From assembly GCA_964407925.1 (NCBI GenBank), contig CAYOXM010000003.1:5023-69022 (forward strand): a stretch of 64,000 nt of DNA, given 5' to 3'. The translations under genes were made by a program, and so were the position numbers. The DNA is from an uncultured Gammaproteobacteria bacterium. Its GTDB lineage: Bacteria; Patescibacteriota; Patescibacteriia; SG8-24. Position 1 is the stretch's first letter. Each line of letters opens with the position of its first letter. Below, piece after piece: positions 46,513 through 55,743 of the stretch. The notes under the pieces were generated by a model that was not told where the DNA came from, did no database searches, and worked only from the letters and a program-made list of their open reading frames with translations.

Positions 46513-47346
46513 ATGAAAATCAGGAAAGTCAGCGGCGAAAGCGTCGAGTTCCGTCCCGCGAAAGTCCGCGAGACGCTCAAGCGCATCGGAGCGAAGCCGG
46601 AGACGGTCGATCACGTCATCGCGAACGTCACCAGGGCCATCACCGAAGGGATGACGACCCGCGACGTGTTCGCCATCGTGCGGCGCGAGCTCAAGAAGGA
46701 GGACCGATGCCTCGCCCACCGGTACAACCTGCGCAAGGGACTGCTGAAGCTCGGTCCCGCGGGATTCAAGTTCGAAAAATACGTCGCGGCGATACTGCAG
46801 GCCTACGAATACGAGACGTCGCTGCCGCAGGACGAGCTCGCCGGCCTGTGCGTCCGCCACGAGGTCGACGTGATCGCGAAATCGCCGAGCCGCGTGATCA
46901 TGATCGAAGCGAAATTCAGGAACCGCTTCGACGACACCGTCACGCTCAAGGACGCGATGGCGACATGGGCGCGACTCATCGACCTGCGCGAAGGGTCGAA
47001 GGCGGGCAAGAAGACGCCCTACTTCGACGAGGCGTGGATCGTCACGAACGGCCGGTTTTCCGACCGCGCCCAGCAGTTCGGCGTCTGCAAGGGCATGCAG
47101 CTGATCGGCTGGAGCACGGAAGAGGCGTCGCTCGCCCGCATGGTCGACCATGCGGCGCTCTACCCCATCACGGTGATCGACGACGTGCGCCAGTGGGAGC
47201 TCGACGGCCTCGAAAAGAAGGGGTACGTCCTGTGCCGCGAAATCGCGGAGAAAAAACCGGACGCGCTCGCGAAGCAGACCGGCATGGCGCCGGACCGCGC
47301 GGCGAAAATCGTCGCCGACTGCAAGGAAATCGTGAACATCAGTTGA
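46513..47346 (+). CDS. ATP-cone domain fused to a PD-(D/E)xK (restriction-endonuclease-like, Mrr_cat-type) domain protein
   Basis: N-terminus MKIRKVSGESVEFRPAKVRETLKRIG... is ATP-cone-like. The core HEVDVIAKSPSRVIMIEAKF fits the D...E.K pattern. It starts 6 nt after znuB. Confidence 0.55.
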   Translation: MKIRKVSGESVEFRPAKVRETLKRIGAKPETVDHVIANVTRAITEGMTTRDVFAIVRRELKKEDRCLAHRYNLRKGLLKLGPAGFKFEKYVAAILQAYEYETSLPQDELAGLCVRHEVDVIAKSPSRVIMIEAKFRNRFDDTVTLKDAMATWARLIDLREGSKAGKKTPYFDEAWIVTNGRFSDRAQQFGVCKGMQLIGWSTEEASLARMVDHAALYPITVIDDVRQWELDGLEKKGYVLCREIAEKKPDALAKQTGMAPDRAAKIVADCKEIVNIS

Positions 47347-47367
47347 CCGGGTTCGCGTGCGAAGATT

Positions 47368-47397
47368 AGAAAACGGCCCGCACTCGCGGGCCGTTTT
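47368..47397. terminator. AAAACGGCCCGC-ACTC-GCGGGCCGTTTT, bidirectional
   Basis: Read directly from the sequence. Confidence 0.6.
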
Positions 47398-47410
47398 CTT
47401 TTCCCGCCGT

Positions 47411-49876
47411 TTACTGCGCCTTTTCGCCCTGCCCCTTCATGCGCGACATGAAGCGCCAGCCGAAACCGAGCGCGACGAGCACGAGGAACGCCGTTCCGTA
47501 CAGGTAGTACCGCGCCCAGCTCGAGATCGCCGCGTCGGGCCGGACGTCGACGTCGGGCCTCAGGAAGTCCTCTTCTGACGTCGCGGCGACGGCTCCCTTC
47601 ACGAAGAACGCGAGCGGTTCGCTCTTCTTCGTGATCTTGCCGGTATCGTCCGTGACCGCGACATAGACCTCGTGCCTGCCGTCGACGACGCTGTCGGCGA
47701 GGTCGTACGCGAAGTTGCCGTTGCCGTCGGTCGTCGTCGTGAGCACCATCGGCACGTAGCTGTAGACGTACAGCAGGACCGTGGTATCCGGGGTCGCCTT
47801 GCCCTTGAGGACGTTGCTCGGCTTCGGGGACGAATCCGCCTTATTGGCGACATCTTTGTTGTCGTCATTGACTTGGCGATACCCCACGGGCGCAGGGCTG
47901 TTCGCGTCCTGACCGTCGCCATAGCAATACCCGTCACGGCAGAAGGGGTATTCGGCCGGACAATCCTTTTCAGACCGACACCGGATGATCTCGCGGTCGG
48001 TCGCGACCGGACCGGACGCGAGCGTCAAGCCGAACGATGCGTCAATTTCGCCCGCCCCGCGCGGCTGGCCGATGGCGTTGCCGAGGATGAAGGCCCTGTC
48101 TACGGACGCGAGCGAATCGAGCATGGCGGCGAACTGCGGCTGCGTCGGCTTGTCGCCCTTTTCAAAGAAGGCCTTGAGCGCGTCCCGGACCTGTTCGCCG
48201 TCGGGCGTCCCGTCGCCGTCGGTATCGGCCTTGTTCGGGTCCGTGCCGAGCCGTTTCTCGACGTCGTCTGGCAGCCCGTCCTTGTCGGCATCGAACACGA
48301 TGACTCCGGGCGCGGTCTCCTGCCCCTCCTCCTTCGAGGACGGCCACCACTTGACCTCGTCTTTCTTCTCGACACGAACCGCGACGAGAAGCGGCGCGGC
48401 GTCGCCGAGTTCCGCGAACGCGTCGCCGACCTTCTTGGTCGTGATGATCTCATCGACCTTCTTCTTGTCTTCGGCGGGAAGGTAACCGAACGTCGCGCGC
48501 GCCTTCACCGCGTCGCACGCTTCGGGCGTCAGTCCCTCGCAGCCGGGGAAGACGCCTCCTGCCTTGTCGCTCAGGTATTTCTCGCACGCCTCTTTCGTCG
48601 TGATGCCGGCGCGCGTGCAGGCATCGTCGGCATATTTCGCCTCGAGCCAAGAGGCGCAGCGCTCGGGAAGGATGCCCGCCGCAGCGCACTCGGCATTAAG
48701 CGCGCTCGCGGGAACCGCAACCGAGCCCATGAGCCCGAATCCGCCGTTGACGCCTTCCGTATCCTTCTCGAAATCCGCGGCAGCCGCCGGCGGGGCAGGC
48801 GGTGACGTGCCGTCAGTGTCGTCATCCGTGTCCTCCGCGACCCCCGCGAGCTTCTCGGCCGGTTCGCGAGAATGCTGGAGTTCCTGGGCGTCCGCCAAGA
48901 GATCGGGCGGAGGAACGCACTCCTCCAGCTGGGCCGGCGCGGGCGTCTGGACCGTCGGGCAATCGTCGACGAGCGTGCATTTCCGTTCCCGCATGCCGCC
49001 CCGACCGCACTCGCCCCATTCGGCGCACGTCCATTTGTCGGCAGTGCACGCGACGCACGTCCGCGTCACCGCGGGCTTGGCCGTCGTGACCCCGGCGCAG
49101 TCGCTTTTCAGCGTGCACGTCCGCGACTGGGAGCCTCCGCGGCACTCGCCCCAATCCACGCATGACCACAAGTCCTCCTTGCATGCCGTCTGCGGCGTGC
49201 TGCACGAGCGGGTCTCGGGCGGCCTGGGATCGTCGAAACCCGGACAATCGACGGTGAGCGTGCAGGCGCGCGCCTGCTTGCCCTCGACGGAACAGGCGCC
49301 CCACTCGCCGCAGCTCCAGGTGTCCTTGTCGCATGCCGGAACGCACGCCCGCGATTCGGAGGGTTTGGGCGTTTCGACGCCGGCGCAATCGGACCGCATC
49401 GTGCACGTACGTGACTGCGCGTAGTTGCCTGCCGCATCCTTCAGACAAATTGCCCAGTCGCCGCACGCCCAGTCGTCCGCGGTGCAGGCCGCGGCCTTGG
49501 TCGTGAACTGCCGGACGTCGGACTGCGTCGTGAGCCCGCTGGCGGTTGAGCGGACCTGATAAAAATAGGTGGTTCCCGGCTCAAGGCCCCACAACGTCAT
49601 GGCATGGCTGATCTCGGTGGTCTCGGTCTCCTCGATGGGGACGATTTTCTTGAATTCCTGGCCGAGCGACGCGGTCTTGCCGAAATTGACGACCGACGTG
49701 CTCTCGACGTTCGTCTGCCACCTGACGACGGCCGACGTGTCCGTCGTCTCCGCCTCGGCAACCGTCGGGCCGGAAACGATCTGGGGCGCGACCTGCGCGA
49801 ACGCCGAAAACGCCGTCAGCCCGACGACTGCGGCGAGCGCGGCGACGATGCGCTTCGTGATGCGGAACGAGGTCAT
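47411..49876 (-). CDS. large secreted/cell-surface protein: FN3/PAP-N-like domain, 4 tandem Cys-rich W-x-C-G-x-W-G-x-C repeats, TSP3-like Ca-binding repeats, C-terminal TM anchor
   Basis: Signal peptide. GTTYFYQV. Four repeats of about 48 aa each. DKDGLPDD...DTDGDGTPDGEQ. A C-terminal hydrophobic helix followed by basic residues. Confidence 0.6.
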   Translation of the reverse strand: MTSFRITKRIVAALAAVVGLTAFSAFAQVAPQIVSGPTVAEAETTDTSAVVRWQTNVESTSVVNFGKTASLGQEFKKIVPIEETETTEISHAMTLWGLEPGTTYFYQVRSTASGLTTQSDVRQFTTKAAACTADDWACGDWAICLKDAAGNYAQSRTCTMRSDCAGVETPKPSESRACVPACDKDTWSCGEWGACSVEGKQARACTLTVDCPGFDDPRPPETRSCSTPQTACKEDLWSCVDWGECRGGSQSRTCTLKSDCAGVTTAKPAVTRTCVACTADKWTCAEWGECGRGGMRERKCTLVDDCPTVQTPAPAQLEECVPPPDLLADAQELQHSREPAEKLAGVAEDTDDDTDGTSPPAPPAAAADFEKDTEGVNGGFGLMGSVAVPASALNAECAAAGILPERCASWLEAKYADDACTRAGITTKEACEKYLSDKAGGVFPGCEGLTPEACDAVKARATFGYLPAEDKKKVDEIITTKKVGDAFAELGDAAPLLVAVRVEKKDEVKWWPSSKEEGQETAPGVIVFDADKDGLPDDVEKRLGTDPNKADTDGDGTPDGEQVRDALKAFFEKGDKPTQPQFAAMLDSLASVDRAFILGNAIGQPRGAGEIDASFGLTLASGPVATDREIIRCRSEKDCPAEYPFCRDGYCYGDGQDANSPAPVGYRQVNDDNKDVANKADSSPKPSNVLKGKATPDTTVLLYVYSYVPMVLTTTTDGNGNFAYDLADSVVDGRHEVYVAVTDDTGKITKKSEPLAFFVKGAVAATSEEDFLRPDVDVRPDAAISSWARYYLYGTAFLVLVALGFGWRFMSRMKGQGEKAQ
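48916..49495 (-). repeat. four tandem DNA repeats of about 145 bp each, encoding the Cys-rich modules of the surface protein
   Basis: Protein-level repeats of about 48 aa with conserved Cys spacing. Confidence 0.5.
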
Positions 49877-50055
49877 ACTTCCCGCGTTTTTTCCTCCGCG
49901 ATGCGGCGTACCTCGGGAGACTCCACTTGGTCCTTAGTCTGGCCATGCGACGCCATGCCGTGCTTCTTCGCCATTTCCAGCACTTCGTCGACGGTTTCGC
50001 CGCGGAACTCGGCCGGGCAGTCAAGGCCGAAATCCTTGCACATGAGCAGTTTCAT
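49873..50055 (-). CDS. DUF1059-like small protein
   Basis: MKLLMCKDFGLDCPAEFRGETVDEVLEMAKKHGMASHG. A 4-nt ATGA overlap with the downstream gene. Confidence 0.5.
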   Translation of the reverse strand: MKLLMCKDFGLDCPAEFRGETVDEVLEMAKKHGMASHGQTKDQVESPEVRRIAEEKTREV

Positions 50056-50116
50056 ACGTTGTCCCTGCGAATAATGAATCTTGCGGAAGTATAGCGTCTT
50101 TTCCCCCGTACCTCCA

Positions 50117-50692
50117 CTACGCGGCGCCAAGCGCGCTGCGGATGAATTCCACGCCGATGGCCACGATGATGAGCCCCATGACCTTGGCGAAAGCGAGCGC
50201 GCCCTTGTCGCCGAGCAGCCGCAGCACGAGATACGCGTAACGGAACAGCAGGCGCGTGACGATCAGGTTCGCGACGATGCCGGCAAGCGTCAGGACGTAC
50301 CCGTACTCTTTCGCAAGAATGACCGCCGACGTGATCATTCCCGGACCGGCGATGAGCGGCGTCGCGAGCGGAACGACGCTGATGTCGGCTCCGGCGCCGG
50401 GCGAAGCGTCATGCTCCTTGCCGAACAGGATCTGCAGGCCGAGGATGGCGAGGATGAGACCGCCCGCGATGCGGAAACTCTCGATGGAAATCTGGAAGGC
50501 GTGGAGGATCGCGGAACCGAGGAACACGAACACCACCAGGATGACGCCGGCGCGGACGACCGCCGCGGTCGCGAGCGACTGCTGGGTCTTGCGGTCCATC
50601 TTGCCGGTCAGCGACAAGAACATCGGCACGTTGCCGACGGGGTCCATGACGCCGAAAATGGCGAAAAATACCTGTGCGAAGGCGAGTCCCAT
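50117..50692 (-). CDS. marC: MarC-family (UPF0056) integral membrane protein
   Basis: Six TM segments and MarC-like motifs (GVMDPVGNVPMFLSL). Confidence 0.75.
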   Translation of the reverse strand: MGLAFAQVFFAIFGVMDPVGNVPMFLSLTGKMDRKTQQSLATAAVVRAGVILVVFVFLGSAILHAFQISIESFRIAGGLILAILGLQILFGKEHDASPGAGADISVVPLATPLIAGPGMITSAVILAKEYGYVLTLAGIVANLIVTRLLFRYAYLVLRLLGDKGALAFAKVMGLIIVAIGVEFIRSALGAA

Positions 50693-50820
50693 ACGTGCTC
50701 AGCATACCATATTTGCCGCATATTTGACGCGTTTTCGCCCCCTGTTATAGTGCTCGGGTGTTCATTTCAATCGTCGGACCTTCTTTTTAAGGTTCCGCCG
50801 AGAAGGAAAAGGCATCTCTC

Positions 50821-51744
50821 ATGATTCACCGGACCGCACGGAGCCTCCCGATCCTCCTTTCCGTCCTGGCGTTCGGCTGCGCGGGTCCGATGACTCCGCG
50901 CACGGCCCTCGCCGACACGACCGCCTCGCACGGCGCGTCGATCACCGACCTCGAGACGAGGTTCAGGAGCGCCACGGCGCTGCTGTACGCGCAGACCGAC
51001 GACGGCGGCTTCAAGATGATGTGCACCGCCACGGCGTTCGAGAAGAAAGGTAAGATGACCCGCTTCGTCACCGCCGCGCACTGCGTGGCGTCCGACGACA
51101 CGCAGCACGACCGCGTGGACGTCGAGAAGACGAACTGGTTCATCACCTTCGACGAGCCGCACAACAAGAACATGATGGAAGCGCAGGTCGTCGCGGCCGG
51201 CTACCAGCATCGCGGCGACGACTTCGCGGTCGTCGAAGTGGAACTCGCGAAGGACGTGCCGCTCATGCCGCTCGCGGCGAACGACCCGTCGCTCGGCGAG
51301 AACATCTCCAACTTCGCGTCCCCCCTCGGCCTCGGCAAGCAGCTGTTCCGCGGGCACGTGAGCATGGAGGCGCTCGACCGGCCGGTCATCTCCGGCGACA
51401 TCAACTGGAAGGGCGCGACGCTCCTCCAGATGAGTTCCGGTCCCGGTTCGTCCGGATCGTCGATCGTGAGCCAGAACCAGCAGGGCATCGTCGCCTTCCT
51501 GGTCGGCAACATCACGTTCCGCGGTTCGCCGAACATCGTGGCCATCCCGGTCGGCAAGTTCAAGAAGTTCTGGTCCGAAGTCCAAGTCGGCAAGTACAAG
51601 TGGTACAAGGCCGACGACGAGACCGCGTCCGCCGAAGCCAAGTCCGGCAAGGGCAAGGGCGTGAAGAAACTCTGGGAGCGGATCCACGTGAACGGCATCA
51701 CGTACAAGCTCGAGGGCGACGAGGAGTCGTCCGAGGCGAAGTGA
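50821..51744 (+). CDS. secreted trypsin-like (S1) serine protease
   Basis: Lipobox/signal AFGCAG, with TAAHC (His), D and GPGSSGS (Ser) triad motifs. GAAGGAAAAGG Shine-Dalgarno. Confidence 0.7.
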   Translation: MIHRTARSLPILLSVLAFGCAGPMTPRTALADTTASHGASITDLETRFRSATALLYAQTDDGGFKMMCTATAFEKKGKMTRFVTAAHCVASDDTQHDRVDVEKTNWFITFDEPHNKNMMEAQVVAAGYQHRGDDFAVVEVELAKDVPLMPLAANDPSLGENISNFASPLGLGKQLFRGHVSMEALDRPVISGDINWKGATLLQMSSGPGSSGSSIVSQNQQGIVAFLVGNITFRGSPNIVAIPVGKFKKFWSEVQVGKYKWYKADDETASAEAKSGKGKGVKKLWERIHVNGITYKLEGDEESSEAK

Positions 51745-51749
51745 TGCGC

Positions 51750-51782
51750 ATCCCCCTCGCCGAAGGCGAGGGGTTTTTTCCG
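51750..51782 (+). terminator. CCCCCTCGCC-GAAG-GCGAGGGG followed by T6
   Basis: Read directly from the sequence. Confidence 0.6.
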
Positions 51783-51855
51783 CCTTCGGGCGGAACCCCG
51801 CCCTTCTTTGAAGAAACGTCAGTGTGGCGGGGCTTCCAGCGAAAGGAGCGGCGTC

Positions 51856-52197
51856 ATGCGCCTGACCGTTTCGAAAGTTCCCGCCGAGGGAATCCTCATC
51901 ACGCGGTGGCGGCGCGGCGCGTGCGTCGGCCGCGCGTACCTCTACCTCATGCGGAACAAGCTGCACGACGAACCGTTCGGCTTCATGGAAGACGTGTTCG
52001 TCGACGAATCCTGTCGCGGCAAGGGCGTCGGCGAGGCGCTCGTGAAACGCGTCATTGCCGAGGCGAAGAAGCGCGGCTGCTACAAGCTCGTCGCGACGAG
52101 CAGGCACGAACGTCCCCGCGTCCACGACCTGTACCTGAAACTCGGTTTCAAGGAACGCGGCAAGGAATTCCGCGTCGATTTCGAAAAGACCCCTTGA
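51856..52197 (+). CDS. GNAT-family N-acetyltransferase
   Basis: AAAGGAG precedes the ATG at 51856. The acetyl-CoA motif RGKGVGEALVKRVIAEAKKRG is present. Confidence 0.7.
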   Translation: MRLTVSKVPAEGILITRWRRGACVGRAYLYLMRNKLHDEPFGFMEDVFVDESCRGKGVGEALVKRVIAEAKKRGCYKLVATSRHERPRVHDLYLKLGFKERGKEFRVDFEKTP

Positions 52198-52212
52198 GCG
52201 GGGTCTTTTTTC
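52187..52212. terminator. GACCCC-TTGAGC-GGGGTC followed by T6
   Basis: Read directly from the sequence. Confidence 0.5.
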
Positions 52213-52833
52213 CTAAAGGGAGTGTCCCATCCGTTTCTTTTTCACGTCGAGATATTTCCGATTGTACCGGTTCGGCCGCGTCCGAACGGGGATGACGCCG
52301 GTAACGGCGACACCCTCGGCCTCGAGCCCCTTCTTCTTGAGCGGGTTGTTGGTCATGAGGCGGATCGACGCGACGCCGAGCTTCCGCAACACGGCGGCGG
52401 CCGGACAATATTCGCGCGAATCCTGAGGAAGGCCGAGCTTGGCGTTCGCCTCGACGGTATCGAGGCCGTGATCCTGCAGGTGGTAGGCGCGGATCTTGTT
52501 GAAGATGCCGATGCCGCGCCCCTCCTGACGGAGATAGATGATAGCGCCCTTCTTCCGCTTGGCGACGTAACGCATGGCGAGTTTCAGCTGGCCGTCGCAG
52601 TCGCACTTGAGCGAATCGAACACCTCGCTCGTCATGCATTCGGATTGGACGCGCACCGGCAGGTCACGCGCGCCCGCGACGTCGCCCATCACGAAAACGA
52701 GATGGGTGTTTCCGGCCTTGCGGTCGGCGGCGTCATAAAACGCGATCGCCTTCCACATGCCGTGCGGCGTCGGGATGTTCGCCGGCTCCGTGCAGACGAG
52801 CCGTGCTGACTTGCGGTGACGTTTCACGGGCAT
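52213..52833 (-). CDS. ribA: GTP cyclohydrolase II
   Basis: RVQSECMTSEVFDSLKCDCDGQL (Zn-binding Cys triad) and the RibA catalytic motifs. The start was trimmed to MPVKRH. Confidence 0.8.
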   Translation of the reverse strand: MPVKRHRKSARLVCTEPANIPTPHGMWKAIAFYDAADRKAGNTHLVFVMGDVAGARDLPVRVQSECMTSEVFDSLKCDCDGQLKLAMRYVAKRKKGAIIYLRQEGRGIGIFNKIRAYHLQDHGLDTVEANAKLGLPQDSREYCPAAAVLRKLGVASIRLMTNNPLKKKGLEAEGVAVTGVIPVRTRPNRYNRKYLDVKKKRMGHSL

Positions 52834-52945
52834 GAGCGCATCGTACCACCGCCGCCCGCGACGGAGAAGCACGGTTGACACTGAGCGAAAAACATGGCAA
52901 GCTGTCCGGTCGTTCCTTGTCTGCAACCGCAACCGCGGAGGGGTC

Positions 52946-53440
52946 ATGAGCGCCTTCATCGTCATTCTCGGCACGATCGCCTATCTTCAGGCGGGGTACT
53001 TCCTGGGACGCATCGGCTGGTCCGTCTGGAAACGGCGGGACAACCTGTCGTTCCGCTCGTACCTGTTCTTCCCCTCGAGCCATCTCCGCCGACGCGTCGG
53101 AGCGGGAACGATGTCGCTCTTCCAAGGGGTCAACCCTGAGGAAGGCGCGTATCGGGCGGCGATGCTGCTCTTCTGGCCCGTCGCTGCCGTTCTCAGCCTC
53201 GCCGTCGTCGCCGTGACGCTGCCGGGCTGGATGGCGTCGCGGCCCGAACGGATCCGCGCGGCGAACGTGCGGAAGCTCCACCTCCTCGAGACGCAGAACC
53301 GCGCGCTCGACGCGTACATCCGCCGCCTCGAAACGGGTGACGTGACCACGCACGCCGCGCCGGTCACCCGGATCGTCGAAATCAGCGACGACGAGGGCGA
53401 GGAGGAAGAAACGGCTGCCGCCCGGCGCACCGCCGGCTGA
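52946..53440 (+). CDS. membrane hypothetical protein
   Basis: GGAGGGG precedes the ATG at 52946. Two TM segments and an acidic C-terminus. Confidence 0.45.
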   Translation: MSAFIVILGTIAYLQAGYFLGRIGWSVWKRRDNLSFRSYLFFPSSHLRRRVGAGTMSLFQGVNPEEGAYRAAMLLFWPVAAVLSLAVVAVTLPGWMASRPERIRAANVRKLHLLETQNRALDAYIRRLETGDVTTHAAPVTRIVEISDDEGEEEETAAARRTAG

Positions 53441-53465
53441 CCGCCCTCTCGGGCGGTTTTTTCAT
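53441..53465 (+). terminator. ACCGCCC-TCTC-GGGCGGT followed by T6
   Basis: Read directly from the sequence. Confidence 0.6.
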
Positions 53466-53546
53466 TGCCGGTTGACGCGAAACCCGACGGCGCATACGCT
53501 CGAAGCAGTACCGTCCTTTCTTCATTTTTCCCAAAGGAGGCCGTCG

Positions 53547-54257
53547 ATGGATGCCGATGACCGCTCGTCCGTGGAATCCTTCCGCGCGGCGAGGATAGCC
53601 GCGCTCCCCCGCTGGTACTCGCCGCTGGCGCATCTTGCGGGAACGCTGTCCGTCGGCGTTCTCGCGCTCGGCCTGGCGCTCTGGGTCATCAAGGATCCGT
53701 GCTGGCAGGACTTCCTGATCGTCCCAGCAATGCTCGTCTTCGCGAACTTCTTCGAGTGGTGGGCGCACAAGAACGTGTTGCACCGCCCGCGGAGATTCTT
53801 CCGCGACCTGTACGAGCAGCACACGCCCCTCCACCATCGCACCTACCGGTGGGAGGACATGGCGATTCGCGACCGTCGCGAGCTGCGCTTCGTGCTGATG
53901 CCCGCGTCTGGCGTGCTCGGCATCGTGCTCACGGCGACGCCCGTCGCCGTGGCGATCGGCCTCGCGCTCGGCACGAACGTCGGCTGCATCGCGCTCATGG
54001 CGATGGCGTCCTACGTCATCCTCTACGAGCTCACGCACCTCACCTACCACCTGCCGGCGGAACACCCGCTCCACCGCCTGCCGTTCGTTGCGAGGCTCGC
54101 GGAGCATCACGCCCGCCACCACGACCCGGCGATGATGGCGAAGTGGAACTTCAACGTGAGCTTCCCTCTCGCGGACTTCGTCCTTCGGACCTGCGCCCCG
54201 AAGGCTCTCGTCGAGGAACGCCGCGCCGCAATCGCCGCGCGCCGCAAGAACCGCTGA
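53547..54257 (+). CDS. fatty acid hydroxylase superfamily (sterol desaturase-like) membrane protein
   Basis: His boxes HKNVLH, HHRTY and HHARHH. AAAGGAGG Shine-Dalgarno. Confidence 0.6.
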   Translation: MDADDRSSVESFRAARIAALPRWYSPLAHLAGTLSVGVLALGLALWVIKDPCWQDFLIVPAMLVFANFFEWWAHKNVLHRPRRFFRDLYEQHTPLHHRTYRWEDMAIRDRRELRFVLMPASGVLGIVLTATPVAVAIGLALGTNVGCIALMAMASYVILYELTHLTYHLPAEHPLHRLPFVARLAEHHARHHDPAMMAKWNFNVSFPLADFVLRTCAPKALVEERRAAIAARRKNR

Positions 54258-54261
54258 AAAC

Positions 54262-54295
54262 GAAAACCGCCCCTTTTCGGGGGGCGGCATTTTTT
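54262..54295. terminator. ACCGCCCC-TTTTCG-GGGGGCGGCA followed by T6
   Basis: Read directly from the sequence. Confidence 0.55.
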
Positions 54296-54366
54296 ATCGC
54301 TAGATCCCGCGTCGGCCGTCGCCGCGCGACGCCCGCACGGGATGATCCGCGCAAAAGTATTGCGGA

Positions 54367-54936
54367 TCAGTTCGCGGGAACGAGCGACGTGACCATGTCG
54401 GTAAGCTCCTGCCATGAAGCGACGCGCACGGCGACGCCTTCGGCATCCACGTGGCTGTTGTAGCCCCACGAAAACAACGCGCGATGCGGCACGACGCCGA
54501 CGAGCGGCTCGAGCTTGTCGATGTCGTCATCGACGTAGAAATCCAGTCCTGCCGCCGCATCCGCCTTGCTCGCGCCGTGGCCCACGCCGGTGAAATCGAT
54601 GGCGAGCCCGCGGCGGTCCGCCCATGCCCGCGCGACCTCGAGCGTTTCGCCATCGCGCGACGTGATGACGCGCACCTCGTGGCCGGCGCCGCGCAAACGC
54701 GCGATCCCCTCGAGGACGCCGGGAACCGGCTCCATCAGCTCGCCGTATTCGTGCGTGCCGTAAATCACCTGCTGAAGATGCCGGTACTGGTCATGCGTCA
54801 GGATGCCACCGCCGACGACGAGTTCCTTCTTGAACCGCTCCGGCGGGATGTCCACGCCGAAGAGCCGCTTGGCTGCCTTGCATTTGAGGTCGCCGCAGTC
54901 GGAGATGACGCCGTCGAAATCGAGGCCGATGCGCAT
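54367..54936 (-). CDS. HAD-superfamily hydrolase, NT5C (5'(3')-deoxyribonucleotidase)-like
   Basis: N-terminal DFDGVI catalytic motif, plus HAD motifs downstream. Confidence 0.5.
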   Translation of the reverse strand: MRIGLDFDGVISDCGDLKCKAAKRLFGVDIPPERFKKELVVGGGILTHDQYRHLQQVIYGTHEYGELMEPVPGVLEGIARLRGAGHEVRVITSRDGETLEVARAWADRRGLAIDFTGVGHGASKADAAAGLDFYVDDDIDKLEPLVGVVPHRALFSWGYNSHVDAEGVAVRVASWQELTDMVTSLVPAN

Positions 54937-54991
54937 AGTCGGATCATGCCGGAATATGGGCGTACGTTAGCAGTCGCGGACCGTCCAGTCA

Positions 54992-55007
54992 ACGCGCGTT
55001 GACACTA
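54992..55007. promoter_or_regulatory. 16-bp perfect palindrome GTCAACGCGCGTTGAC between divergent genes (it carries TTGAC in both orientations)
   Basis: Read directly from the sequence. TTGACA, a 17-nt spacer and TACCAT are upstream of the 55065 gene. Confidence 0.35.
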
Positions 55008-55064
55008 CTGCGCCCCGTGCCTACCATTGCCGCAGGCATGCCCGATTCATGAAAGGAGGCCGGC

Positions 55065-55604
55065 ATGACGACGCGACTACTCATCGGCGGCCCGAGCAAC
55101 TCGGGCAAGAGCACCTTCGTCCTTTCCCTCGTGGAATACCTGCGGAGCGCGGGACTCACCGCGAACGCGCACGAGCTCGACGTCTGGTCGAACTCGTACG
55201 TCGCCTTCCGCGGCGAAATCCCGTTCGAGGGCAGGCCGAAACGGCAGGGCCTCGACTGGGACTGGCAGACGCCGCTCAAGGAGCGCATCGACGCGTTCGC
55301 GACGGACCCGTCCGACTTCGTTTTCGGCGACCTGCCCGGCAAACTCGACGAGGCGATTACGCACGTCTGCGCGAACGCACCCGCGAACGCCGCGCTCGTC
55401 ATCAGCCGCAAGCTCGATGCCATCACGGAATGGGAGTCGTTCTTCGAAGAGAGCGGCGTGCCTGTCCTGCAGTCGTTCCTGACCTTCCAGGACCGCCCGC
55501 CGGTGATTCTCGTCGGGATGAACCGCAACCTGGAGCCGGGCCACCCGCACGTAAAGGCGTTCGGCGACATGCTCCTCTTCGGGAGAAGGCTCGCGAGGCG
55601 TTAA
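55065..55604 (+). CDS. P-loop NTPase, hypothetical (AAA_28-like)
   Basis: AAAGGAGG precedes the ATG. LLIGGPSNSGKST is a Walker A motif. Confidence 0.5.
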   Translation: MTTRLLIGGPSNSGKSTFVLSLVEYLRSAGLTANAHELDVWSNSYVAFRGEIPFEGRPKRQGLDWDWQTPLKERIDAFATDPSDFVFGDLPGKLDEAITHVCANAPANAALVISRKLDAITEWESFFEESGVPVLQSFLTFQDRPPVILVGMNRNLEPGHPHVKAFGDMLLFGRRLARR

Positions 55605-55743
55605 GAGGCAGTCCTCATGACCGCCTCTTTTTCTATGCTGAACCGGTTGACGGCCGCGGATTTTCGCGCTAGCGTCCCCAGTCGGGCGGCCGCGGCGCGG
55701 CCACCGATCACGTTCTTTCCGCAGCACCGACCGGAGGTCCGCA

